64,000 nt of DNA, taken from contig OZ246423.1 in the NCBI GenBank assembly GCA_965231215.1, forward strand, positions 736,001 to 800,000, written 5' to 3'. Numbering within the stretch: the first letter of the stretch is position 1; each line of letters opens with the position of its first letter. The position numbers were made by a program, and so were the translations under genes. Below the pieces are notes generated by a model. That model was not told the origin of the DNA. It did no database searches and saw only the letters and a list, made by a program, of their open reading frames with translations. This DNA is from Candidatus Altimarinota bacterium (GTDB lineage: Bacteria > Patescibacteriota > Gracilibacteria > UBA4473). This document shows, piece by piece, positions 56,401 through 64,000 of this stretch.

Positions 56401-58764
56401 CTAAAACTCTTGAGAAAGCTGCTCTTCAATCCGTGTTTTTAGTTCTGAATTGAGGGTTTTAATATTGAAACTTTCATCTTCAAGTTTGAATTGGTTTCTG
56501 CCTGATTGGACATTTACTTCGCCTATCTTTTCTGTATCGCTATTATAGATAAATTCCAATCGGTATTGGTTATCGAGTATGGCATTTGTAATTTCAAATT
56601 CCGTAAAGTCATTATTGGTAATAGTTACGTCATTTCGGCTTACAACCACGTTTTGAGATTCCAAAGTTTTTACAACAAGAGTTCTTAGCACTATAGCGGT
56701 ATCGGTATTATTGGCTGGCCCTTCATCAATCTCTATTACTTGGGTTTGGTTATTATTTTCTTCTGACATTCGGGCCAACATTTGAGGGAAAATATCGGCC
56801 GTAATATCAATTAAGCTACTATTTTCAGAAACAGTCCCCACTTTAAGGAAGCTAAATATTTGGCTTTGAGTTTGAAATGTTCCAGAAACTTTGTGCTTGT
56901 TGAAACTAACATCGCTAAAGAGTAGGAAAGTGTTTCCATCAGATTTTTCTTTTCTCCGAATTACCACGCCTTGCGTATTAATACCACTATCAAAGAGTAA
57001 TTTTTCCAGTCCTTCTTCGTCTTGAATCCCAAAGGCTTCTTCGGCTACAGGGTTTTGGTTTTCTTGTATGGTTTGTTCAATTTCTTGGAATTTCCATCGG
57101 GCGGTTTGAAGGAGTGACTGTTGTTCTCGAATATTTTCTAGATCTTCTTCAGAGAGTTTGCTGTTGTTAATAAATTGAACGAGCTCAATCGTTTCGGTTT
57201 CTTCAGAAGTAAAGAAGTCACGTCCAAATTCTGTTGCAATTTTATCAATATCTAAACGTTTGTAGGTTCTAACCAATATTTGGGAAATCTCTTTGGCGCT
57301 TTCAATATCAATAAACTCTTTTAAGAAAAATAGAATGTTTTGAGCCGTTTCAAGTGAAATTTCGTTTTTTTGTTGATTGTTATCTAGGTAGAGAGAGAGC
57401 TCTTCAACTACCAAATCTCCATAGAGTTTAAAGCTGGATTCATTTCGCAAAAAAGGCTCATATTTAAGAAGTTCAAAAAGCAGGCGTCTAATCCGGGTTA
57501 AATCTTCTCTATTTTCAGTCGTAATATCATTAATGGTTTCAAAAGATTCAGAAAGAGCTTGGAAATTTTCTTGGGCTTTGTTACTAAATCCTCGTGAAAT
57601 TACCTGTTCGCTTTGGGTAAACTTTTTTTTGAACTCAGCAAAAGAAGTAATTTCGTTTTGTGGGAACCAAACCGTATTAAAGAGCTGTTCAGGTTCGTCT
57701 GGAAATATATTTCGTAGCCAAATTCTTTGAGATCTACTAAAGATTTCCCAAGATTTAGCATAATCTGGGTTTTCTATCAAAAACCGATTCCATTCATGGC
57801 TTTTTAGAGTTTGGGCAAAAACTTCTGCGGAACTTTGAGCCTCAGAGATGTTATTATTTTCAAAAGCAAAAAAAGCATCTATGAGGGTTTTTCTAAAATA
57901 ATTAAATTGATATTCTCTTTTGAACTGTTTATCGATGCCTGCGGCATAGTGTCTTTGGAGGTATTCTACGACCTGCATAATAGTGCCCATGGCGCTACTG
58001 GGTTTAAACCGAGACCAATTTAAAGCTATGGATTGAGCATAGTTTTCAATGAGTTGAAATTGTTGATCTCTTGCTACTAACGCTGATTTTACCTGAGATA
58101 TCAAGATAGCATCTGCTTCTGAAAGTGCTTCTTCAGAGGGGTTTAGGTAAGACATTTGGAACTCCTTTTTAAGCTTTGTATAAAACAGTTTTCCTGTTCG
58201 CTCAATGCGTGAATCTTTCATTTTTACCTTGTTTCTTGGGGGTAAAACGAAAGGCGTTTCAGCTCCAGGTAAAAAGATAGAAATTGCGTGGTCATGGGCG
58301 TAAACAATGGTTTCTTCACGGATATTGTCCCGAATTATAAAACTACTAGCGCCAGGAATACTGACCACAATTTTCCCCACTTTTATTTGGCCTACGTTTA
58401 GTGAAAACTGCTCAGGATCAAAGTTTGGGACAAAATTTTTGTGAGAAACAAGCTTGTCATTCTCCCCAATAAAATTAGCGCTAAAAAAGAGCTTTCCTTT
58501 TACCAATTCCCTACTTGCCCCTTTGAAGTTAAGAGCACTATCGGGGAATACTTCTAAGAATTCACCATCTTTAGTAAAAATATACCGAGAGTCTTCATTT
58601 TCCCCTATTTCTATAACTTCATTGATAGTTTCGGCTTCCTTAAACGGGTTTGGAACTGATATTTCCTTATTAAATCGGGCTTGTTCAGTAATAAAAATAC
58701 CCGCGAAAAATAGCAACGCGATACTTGAAGCAATAAAAAACTGACTACTTTTTAAACTTTTCAT
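56401..58764 (-). CDS. Large membrane-anchored hypothetical protein with FecR-like N-terminal beta domain
   Basis: N-terminal TM helix; L..G..F and V....H.I beta pattern, then long helical region. Confidence 0.65.
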   Translation of the reverse strand: MKSLKSSQFFIASSIALLFFAGIFITEQARFNKEISVPNPFKEAETINEVIEIGENEDSRYIFTKDGEFLEVFPDSALNFKGASRELVKGKLFFSANFIGENDKLVSHKNFVPNFDPEQFSLNVGQIKVGKIVVSIPGASSFIIRDNIREETIVYAHDHAISIFLPGAETPFVLPPRNKVKMKDSRIERTGKLFYTKLKKEFQMSYLNPSEEALSEADAILISQVKSALVARDQQFQLIENYAQSIALNWSRFKPSSAMGTIMQVVEYLQRHYAAGIDKQFKREYQFNYFRKTLIDAFFAFENNNISEAQSSAEVFAQTLKSHEWNRFLIENPDYAKSWEIFSRSQRIWLRNIFPDEPEQLFNTVWFPQNEITSFAEFKKKFTQSEQVISRGFSNKAQENFQALSESFETINDITTENREDLTRIRRLLFELLKYEPFLRNESSFKLYGDLVVEELSLYLDNNQQKNEISLETAQNILFFLKEFIDIESAKEISQILVRTYKRLDIDKIATEFGRDFFTSEETETIELVQFINNSKLSEEDLENIREQQSLLQTARWKFQEIEQTIQENQNPVAEEAFGIQDEEGLEKLLFDSGINTQGVVIRRKEKSDGNTFLLFSDVSFNKHKVSGTFQTQSQIFSFLKVGTVSENSSLIDITADIFPQMLARMSEENNNQTQVIEIDEGPANNTDTAIVLRTLVVKTLESQNVVVSRNDVTITNNDFTEFEITNAILDNQYRLEFIYNSDTEKIGEVNVQSGRNQFKLEDESFNIKTLNSELKTRIEEQLSQEF

Positions 58765-58902
58765 GATAAATTCCGTTCATTATAGCTTAAATACACTATT
58801 TTTTCAATTATTTAGGCTTCACTTTTTGTGTAAATTATTTGCTTTTTTTTGAAATTTTTTCACAATTGAAATGAAAGGAATAATTTGTCAAATACCTAAA
58901 AC

Positions 58903-60705
58903 ATGAAAGGGGTTATTTTAGCTGGAGGTACGGGAAGTCGTTTGTATCCTTGTACAAAGGTTACAAACAAGCATCTTTTACCGGTTTTTAATAAACCTAT
59001 GATTTACTATCCTATAGAGACCTTAAAGCGCTCTGGGATTAACGATATCCTGATTATTTCTAGCCCAGAACATGCTGGAGATTTTATGCAATTGCTGGGT
59101 TCTGGAGCTGATTTTGACGCTAATTTTACCTACAAGATACAAGACGGAGCCGGAGGCATTGCCCAGGCACTTAGTTTGGCTGAGGATTTTGCCCAAGAAG
59201 ACAGTATTGCGGTTATCCTTTCGGATAATATTTTTGAAGATAGCTTTGCTGATGATGTGCTCTACTTCAGGAAAGGCGCTCAGATATTTGTAAAAGAAGT
59301 AGAAGATCCGTCTCGATTTGGGGTAGTAGAGCTTAAAGAAGACGGAACCGTACGTTCTGTTGAAGAGAAACCAGCCTTCCCAAAATCAAACTTTGTTCAG
59401 ACTGGATTTTATATTTATGACAGCCAGGTTTTTGATTTTATTAGACAGATTGGCCCTTCTAAGCGAGGAGAATTAGAAATTACAGATGTAAATAATCTAT
59501 ACCTTGATAAACAGCAGCTAAAAGCCCGAACCTTTGGAGGTATGTGGGCTGATGCGGGAACTCATGAATCGCTTCTTGAAGCTAATATTTTGGCTCATGA
59601 AGCCTTTAGTGGGGAATCACTCAGAATTAAATCCGAAGCGGAAGCACAGCTAGAGGTACATCACTATGCCCCTAAGGTAACCGTAGGCCTTCTTACGTGC
59701 AACTCTGAAGGCTATATTGAGCCATGCCTTAAATCTTTACTGGCTCAGGATTACGAAAATTTAGAAATTGTGATGCTGGACAATCACTCTGTAGATGAAA
59801 CCCGGAGTATTGTTAAGAGCCAGTTTGAAGGCGATGTAAAACTCATTGAATCTGAAGAGAATTTAGGTTTTGGGAGAGGGCATAACCGAATTGTGAATGA
59901 GACTGAAGGCGATTTTTATGCTTGTGTAAACATTGATATGGTTTTTGAACCAAACTTTATTTCTACCCTCGTAAAAGCCATATCAGAAAAACCAATCTAT
60001 GGATCAAGTGGAGGGAAAATTAAGCGATGGGACTTTAAAGGCTATCAAGAAAATCAAGGCGCCATAAAAGAAATGGGCAAAACTAATTTTATTGACTCAG
60101 TAGGGATTCGAATGCTTCGGAACCACCGGTTTGAAGATATGGGACAGGGAGAAGTAGACCACGGCCAATATGATGAAGGAAAAGACCTGTTTGGAATTTC
60201 TGGTGCGGCTGTTTTGTACCGTAGAAAAGCCTTAGAAGATGTAAGTTTTGTAAATGAAAAAGGAGTTAAAGAATACTTTGATGAAGCTATGTTTATGTAC
60301 AAAGAAGACATTGACCTGTCTTACCGATTGCAGTGGGCTGGATGGAAATGTAGATATACACCGCAAGCGATTGCGTATCATGACCGAACGGTTAAATCTC
60401 TTGGTCAGAGTACTTGGGAGATTGTTAAAAATCGGCACAAAAAACCGTCACGAATTAACCAGATGTCTTATTTGAATCATCAAATTTTACTGCAAAAAAA
60501 CTATGCGGATGACTTTTCTATAGGCGTTAGAAGTGCGACTGGATGGTACAATTTTAAGATCTTTATGTATTTACTTTTGTTTGAACAAGAAACGCTTGGA
60601 CAATGGTGGAAATTGATGAAACTCCGTAAAAAAATTAAAGATCAGCGGCACACTATGCCTCGTAGAGTTACACAGGCAGAGATTGAAAAGTTGATGGAGA
60701 TATAA
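58903..60705 (+). CDS. Glucose-1-phosphate thymidylyltransferase fused to a GT2 glycosyltransferase
   Basis: GVILAGGTGSRLYP.T...NKHLLPV..KPMIYYP, RGELEITD, W.DAGT; then DN.S.D, NLGF..G.N, N.D, FFMYKED.DL..R. Confidence 0.9.
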   Translation: MKGVILAGGTGSRLYPCTKVTNKHLLPVFNKPMIYYPIETLKRSGINDILIISSPEHAGDFMQLLGSGADFDANFTYKIQDGAGGIAQALSLAEDFAQEDSIAVILSDNIFEDSFADDVLYFRKGAQIFVKEVEDPSRFGVVELKEDGTVRSVEEKPAFPKSNFVQTGFYIYDSQVFDFIRQIGPSKRGELEITDVNNLYLDKQQLKARTFGGMWADAGTHESLLEANILAHEAFSGESLRIKSEAEAQLEVHHYAPKVTVGLLTCNSEGYIEPCLKSLLAQDYENLEIVMLDNHSVDETRSIVKSQFEGDVKLIESEENLGFGRGHNRIVNETEGDFYACVNIDMVFEPNFISTLVKAISEKPIYGSSGGKIKRWDFKGYQENQGAIKEMGKTNFIDSVGIRMLRNHRFEDMGQGEVDHGQYDEGKDLFGISGAAVLYRRKALEDVSFVNEKGVKEYFDEAMFMYKEDIDLSYRLQWAGWKCRYTPQAIAYHDRTVKSLGQSTWEIVKNRHKKPSRINQMSYLNHQILLQKNYADDFSIGVRSATGWYNFKIFMYLLLFEQETLGQWWKLMKLRKKIKDQRHTMPRRVTQAEIEKLMEI

Positions 60706-60749
60706 TTTTCAGGGAAAACCACGAGACCTTAAAATCCTTTATTGTTTAA

Positions 60750-61190
60750 TTAGAGAATTTTTTCGAGCTCTTTTTTGAAGGTTTCAACGTCTTTGAATTG
60801 TTTATAAACTGAAGCAAACCGAATAAAGGCAATTTCATCAATATCTCGGAGCATTTCTACTACATCTTCACCAATTTCGGTAGTGTGGACTTCTTTTTTT
60901 TGAGACCATTTTTCTTCAAGTTCCGAAATTTTTTCACGAATTTTGCTCAGCGAAACGCGTCTTTTCCCACAGGCAATAAGAATCGCTTTTTCTAGTTTTT
61001 CTCTATCGTAAGGCTCAGTGCTTCCGTCTTTTTTATGAACCATAACATTGGAGGTCTGGGCTTTTTCAAACGTAGTGAATCGGAATTCACATTTTTCACA
61101 TTCACGCCTTCTCCGGATAGAAGTGCCATTGTCTGAAACTCGTGAATCAATCACTTTTGTACTTTCAAATCCACAACTAGGACATTTCAT
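60750..61190 (-). CDS. nrdR: Transcriptional repressor NrdR
   Basis: MKCP.C....KVIDSR....IRRRREC..C..RFTTFE, ATP cone, AFIRFASVY..F. Confidence 0.97.
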   Translation of the reverse strand: MKCPSCGFESTKVIDSRVSDNGTSIRRRRECEKCEFRFTTFEKAQTSNVMVHKKDGSTEPYDREKLEKAILIACGKRRVSLSKIREKISELEEKWSQKKEVHTTEIGEDVVEMLRDIDEIAFIRFASVYKQFKDVETFKKELEKIL

Positions 61191-61233
61191 AAAAAGGTTC
61201 TAACGAAAATTTATCAAATGATCAATAAAAAAG

Positions 61234-61342
61234 TGGTATCCCCGCTTCGGAATCTTCTTATCTAAACAAAGTTTAGAACGAAGCGTTCAGCACCAAATCA
61301 AAGATTTGGGCTTGCCGTCGAACCTACGGTTCAATTCCTGGC
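61234..61342 (-). repeat. tRNA-derived repeat: split copy of the tRNA-Arg 3' end with hairpins
   Basis: TGGTATCCCCGCT (61234-61246) and TCGAACCTA (61318-61326) match the tRNA; four triloop hairpins; inverted T-arm copy. Confidence 0.75.
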
Positions 61343-61384
61343 AATTAGCCAAAAAACTATAAGAAAAAATTATACTTTTTTAGC

Positions 61385-61459
61385 TGGTATCCCCGCTAGG
61401 AATCGAACCTAGATTTTGGCCTTAGAAGGGCCCTATTCTATCCATTGAATTACGGGGAC
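61385..61459 (-). tRNA. tRNA-Arg(TCT)
   Basis: GTCCCCG...GGCC-CTTCTAA-GGCC...CTAGGTTCGATTCCTAG-CGGGGAT-A-CCA. Confidence 0.95.
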
Positions 61460-61512
61460 GTCGTCGTTGGTGACTTTATTCACTCCGTTTAGTTTTTCAA
61501 ACAAAAATTGCG
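61460..61512 (-). repeat. Conserved tRNA-Arg 5' leader element, copy 2
   Basis: Minus-strand core AAACGGAGTGAATAAAGTCAC, ending 10 nt before the tRNA. Confidence 0.7.
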
Positions 61513-61608
61513 CTCATTCTGTGATCTCCTCCTCTCAAAAAAGGCGCACTTAAATTTTTTTTAAAGATTCTAACACTCTCCGCCTTTTTTGGGGATCTCA
61601 AATTAAGT

Positions 61609-62400
61609 TTAGTTTTCAAAAAAAGCATTACCCATAACTTCGGGTTCGAGTTCTTGGTCGTGCCAGATTTTGAATTGTTCTAGGGCTTGGTATACCAGCA
61701 TAAGATCACCCGTAATCGTTTGAGCTCCACTATCGGCTGCATCAGATAAGAACTTGGTTTCCAACGGATCATAGACAATATCAAAAGCCGTATGATTAGG
61801 GGTCCAGAATGAGGCTGGCAGGAGAGATTTCCATTCTTTAAGCCCTACCGAAGTTGTATTAATAACCAGATCAAAATTATCTGGATTTAATGCCTGTAGG
61901 TTTTCTACAGCATCAACTTCAAATTCATCGGCTAAAGTTTGGGCTTTGGATTCGGTTCGGTTCCAAATATAGATCTCTGATTCGGCTACTTTCAAAGCAA
62001 AAATAATAGCTCTTGAGGCTCCTCCAGCCCCTAAAACCAAAACCTTTTTTCCTTGAAGATTGGGGATTTCTGACTGAAGCGCTTTGAGGGCGCCAACACA
62101 GTCGGTGTTGGTGCCGCACAGCACATCATTTTCCCAGTAAAGGGTGTTGATAGCTCCAATAGCCTGGGCGGCATCGGTTACTTTTTCCACAAAAGGAAAA
62201 AGGGTTTCTTTATGCGGAATGGTTACGGCTAATCCGTGATAGTCTTTTACCTTTAATTTCAGCCACTGTTCGAGACTTTCGGGGGCTATGTCCACTTTTT
62301 CAAACGTGGCATCAATTTCCAGCTCTACAAAACCAGCCTGGTGTAAGGTAGGGGATTTAGAGTGTTCTATTGGGTGACCTATGACAGCAAATTTTTTCAT
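61609..62400 (-). CDS. aroE: Shikimate dehydrogenase
   Basis: G.PI.HS.SP..H, VTIPHK, GAINT, NTD..G, GAGGA, N.TSVG, DIVY.P..T, MLVYQA..QF. Confidence 0.96.
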   Translation of the reverse strand: MKKFAVIGHPIEHSKSPTLHQAGFVELEIDATFEKVDIAPESLEQWLKLKVKDYHGLAVTIPHKETLFPFVEKVTDAAQAIGAINTLYWENDVLCGTNTDCVGALKALQSEIPNLQGKKVLVLGAGGASRAIIFALKVAESEIYIWNRTESKAQTLADEFEVDAVENLQALNPDNFDLVINTTSVGLKEWKSLLPASFWTPNHTAFDIVYDPLETKFLSDAADSGAQTITGDLMLVYQALEQFKIWHDQELEPEVMGNAFFEN

Positions 62401-63137
62401 TTCCAGAATTTTAAACTATTAAGCATACTTTTCTGAGTCTTTTTTATTTCCGCAGGCAAAAACTTATAACTTAGATATATAAAGGGGGTATCAATAAAGG
62501 CTACTAGAATTTTTATTAAATAAGTGGCTAAGCAAACTTCCCAAAAAATCTGAACAGGAATAAGGCCTCCAAACGGAATAAAATTAAAGGCCGTAAGCCC
62601 TACGGCAGTAAAAATAACCGTATCTATCGCCTGAGAGATAAGGGTCGAACCGTTATTTCTCAGCCACAGATACTTACTTTTGGTCCACTTTTTTATTTGA
62701 GTAAATAGCCACACATCAATCGTTTGAGCTATGAAATAAGCGAACATTGATCCTAGTAAAATTCTAGGGGTAATAGTAAATAACGTTTGGATAGATTCAT
62801 GAGCAAAATCATCAGAACTAGGCGTAAAGGCAATTAAAATCTGAGTAGCTACCACGAATATACTACTTACAAAAAATCCGGTTAAAACAGCTTTGTAAGC
62901 CTCCCGTTTTCCGAAGTGTTCGGATAGTAAATCTGTGAGTAAGAATACAGCTCCATAGAGAGCATTTCCTCCAGTTATAAGCAGGCCAAAAAGTTCAAAC
63001 TGCTTAGTTACAAAGATATTCATAAGCAATGTATAAACAGCAATTAATACGAAAATATAAATTTTACCAAGTCTAAAGGCTATCAAATTTATAGTGAATA
63101 GGGTCAAAGCAAAGCTAAGGAAAAGTATTTCGTTCAT
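62397..63137 (-). CDS. Queuosine precursor transporter (YhhQ/VUT family)
   Basis: FL.TD.LSE.FG...A..AV..GF, PRI..GS..AY...Q..DV, WLRNNGST.ISQ.IDT; start ATG 63137. Confidence 0.92.
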   Translation of the reverse strand: MNEILFLSFALTLFTINLIAFRLGKIYIFVLIAVYTLLMNIFVTKQFELFGLLITGGNALYGAVFLLTDLLSEHFGKREAYKAVLTGFFVSSIFVVATQILIAFTPSSDDFAHESIQTLFTITPRILLGSMFAYFIAQTIDVWLFTQIKKWTKSKYLWLRNNGSTLISQAIDTVIFTAVGLTAFNFIPFGGLIPVQIFWEVCLATYLIKILVAFIDTPFIYLSYKFLPAEIKKTQKSMLNSLKFWK

Positions 63138-63228
63138 AAGTCTAAATTTTGTTTTTTTGGGGCAGTACCTTTTGGACACTCGAGCTTATATCCTCTATTT
63201 TTTATTTCGCTTTTAGACCAAGAAACCC

Positions 63229-63260
63229 CATTTTTTTCAGGGTTTCCAAATGAACCATGG
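63229..63260 (-). promoter_or_regulatory. Candidate preQ1 class I riboswitch aptamer
   Basis: CA(U)GG-UUCAUUUGGAAAC-CCUG-AAAAA-AAUG upstream of the preQ transporter; P1 needs a bulge. Confidence 0.4.
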
Positions 63261-63281
63261 ATAATAAAAGCAGTTTTCATA

Positions 63282-64000
63282 TTATAGCCCTGTTTGAGCT
63301 TTATGAAGCATCGCCTGATCCAGAATCACCAGAGCGGTCATGGCCTCTAAAATAGGAACCGCACGTGGAACCAAAACGGGATCATGACGGCCTGTGATCT
63401 GAATATCTACGTTTTCGCCTTTTTTATTGGCCGTAGTTTGAGGTTGAATGATCGAAGAAGTGGGTTTAATTCCCACGCGAAACCAAATATCATCGCCAGT
63501 TGAAATACCTCCCAAAATCCCACCATTAGCGTTTCTTTCCGTGTGAAATGTGCCGTCCTCAGCGATAAAAGGGTCATTGGCTTCACTTCCTTTTTGGGTG
63601 ACGAGATCAAATCCTTCCCCAAATTCTATGCCCTTTGTAGCCGGGACCGACATTACGGCTCGAGCCAGTTCAGCCTCTAATTTTCCAAAGACAGGACTGC
63701 CTAAACCTACCGGGGGGTTTTCTACCCGTATTTGCACGGCTCCACCAATAGAATCGCCAGCTTTTTTTACGGCTTCAACTGCTTCCAGAGTGGTTTCAAA
63801 GTTTTCTTCATCGGCCATTCGGAGAACGTTTTTTTCTACAAAGGCCTTATCAACGCCTGTAAACATAGATTCTCCAATTTGGTCTACAAATCCCCAGACA
63901 TCCACCTCAAATTTTTCTTTCAAAATCTTTTTGGCAATCGCGCCGCCAATGACTCGGGCAATGGTTTCTCGAGCAGAGGCTCTGCCTCCACCACGGTAGT
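63282..64000 (-). CDS. aroC: Chorismate synthase (5' end beyond the window)
   Basis: RGGGRASARET, GDSIGG, KGIEFG.GF, GGILGGIS.G, KPTSSI, GRHDP...PRA. Confidence 0.97.
   Translation of the reverse strand, partial: YRGGGRASARETIARVIGGAIAKKILKEKFEVDVWGFVDQIGESMFTGVDKAFVEKNVLRMADEENFETTLEAVEAVKKAGDSIGGAVQIRVENPPVGLGSPVFGKLEAELARAVMSVPATKGIEFGEGFDLVTQKGSEANDPFIAEDGTFHTERNANGGILGGISTGDDIWFRVGIKPTSSIIQPQTTANKKGENVDIQITGRHDPVLVPRAVPILEAMTALVILDQAMLHKAQTGL

Noticed and set aside
1071-63999. Many 60-160 aa antisense or alternate-frame ORFs (e.g. 17499-17936, 27181-27669, 40250-40696, 63550-63999)
   Set aside because: Shadow ORFs inside well-supported genes, with no motifs of their own
1-64000. Recoded TGA=Gly (code 25, as in Gracilibacteria sensu stricto and Absconditabacteria)
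   Set aside because: Conserved genes are full length in code 11, and several end in TGA, including ATGA stop/start overlaps
1-64000. CRISPR array, prophage, transposase or integrase
   Set aside because: No regularly spaced repeats and no recognisable Cas, phage or recombinase motifs

Overview
A gene-dense, AT-rich (roughly 40% GC by eye) bacterial chromosome segment in the standard genetic code; TGA acts as a stop, e.g. the ATGA overlaps at 14991-14994 and 20804-20807. Gene content points to a Patescibacteria/CPR organism, probably Peregrinibacteria-like (inference): VirB2-like pilins, PrgI plus a short VirB4-N-like gene, UvrD-PD(D/E)XK, ComEC/ComF, a PKD protein and scattered housekeeping genes. 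Housekeeping genes include rmlB (partial), radA, valS, rbfA, rdgB, pyrH, gpmI, murI, recJ, recG, khpA, rpsP, glmS, htpX (with a CIRCE box), tyrS, uvrA, nrdR, aroE and aroC (partial), plus tRNA-Arg(GCG) and tRNA-Arg(TCT). I found no integrase, transposase or CRISPR array. The most notable observations are: (1) a plsX-gpsA pair in which both enzymes appear to carry an internal duplication whose copies kept complementary motifs; (2) a conserved ~53-nt leader before both tRNA-Arg genes, related to a dispersed repeat; (3) a split and inverted tRNA 3'-end copy with triloop hairpins; (4) a PAP2 plus CTP-dependent lipid kinase fusion and an RmlA-GT2 fusion; (5) eukaryote-like modules (MRS2-type Mg channel, algal-type Cys-rich domain on a pilin); (6) widespread leaderless promoters, including two divergent genes sharing one CATG; and (7) a candidate preQ1-I riboswitch. 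All family assignments come from motif recognition by eye, not database searches.
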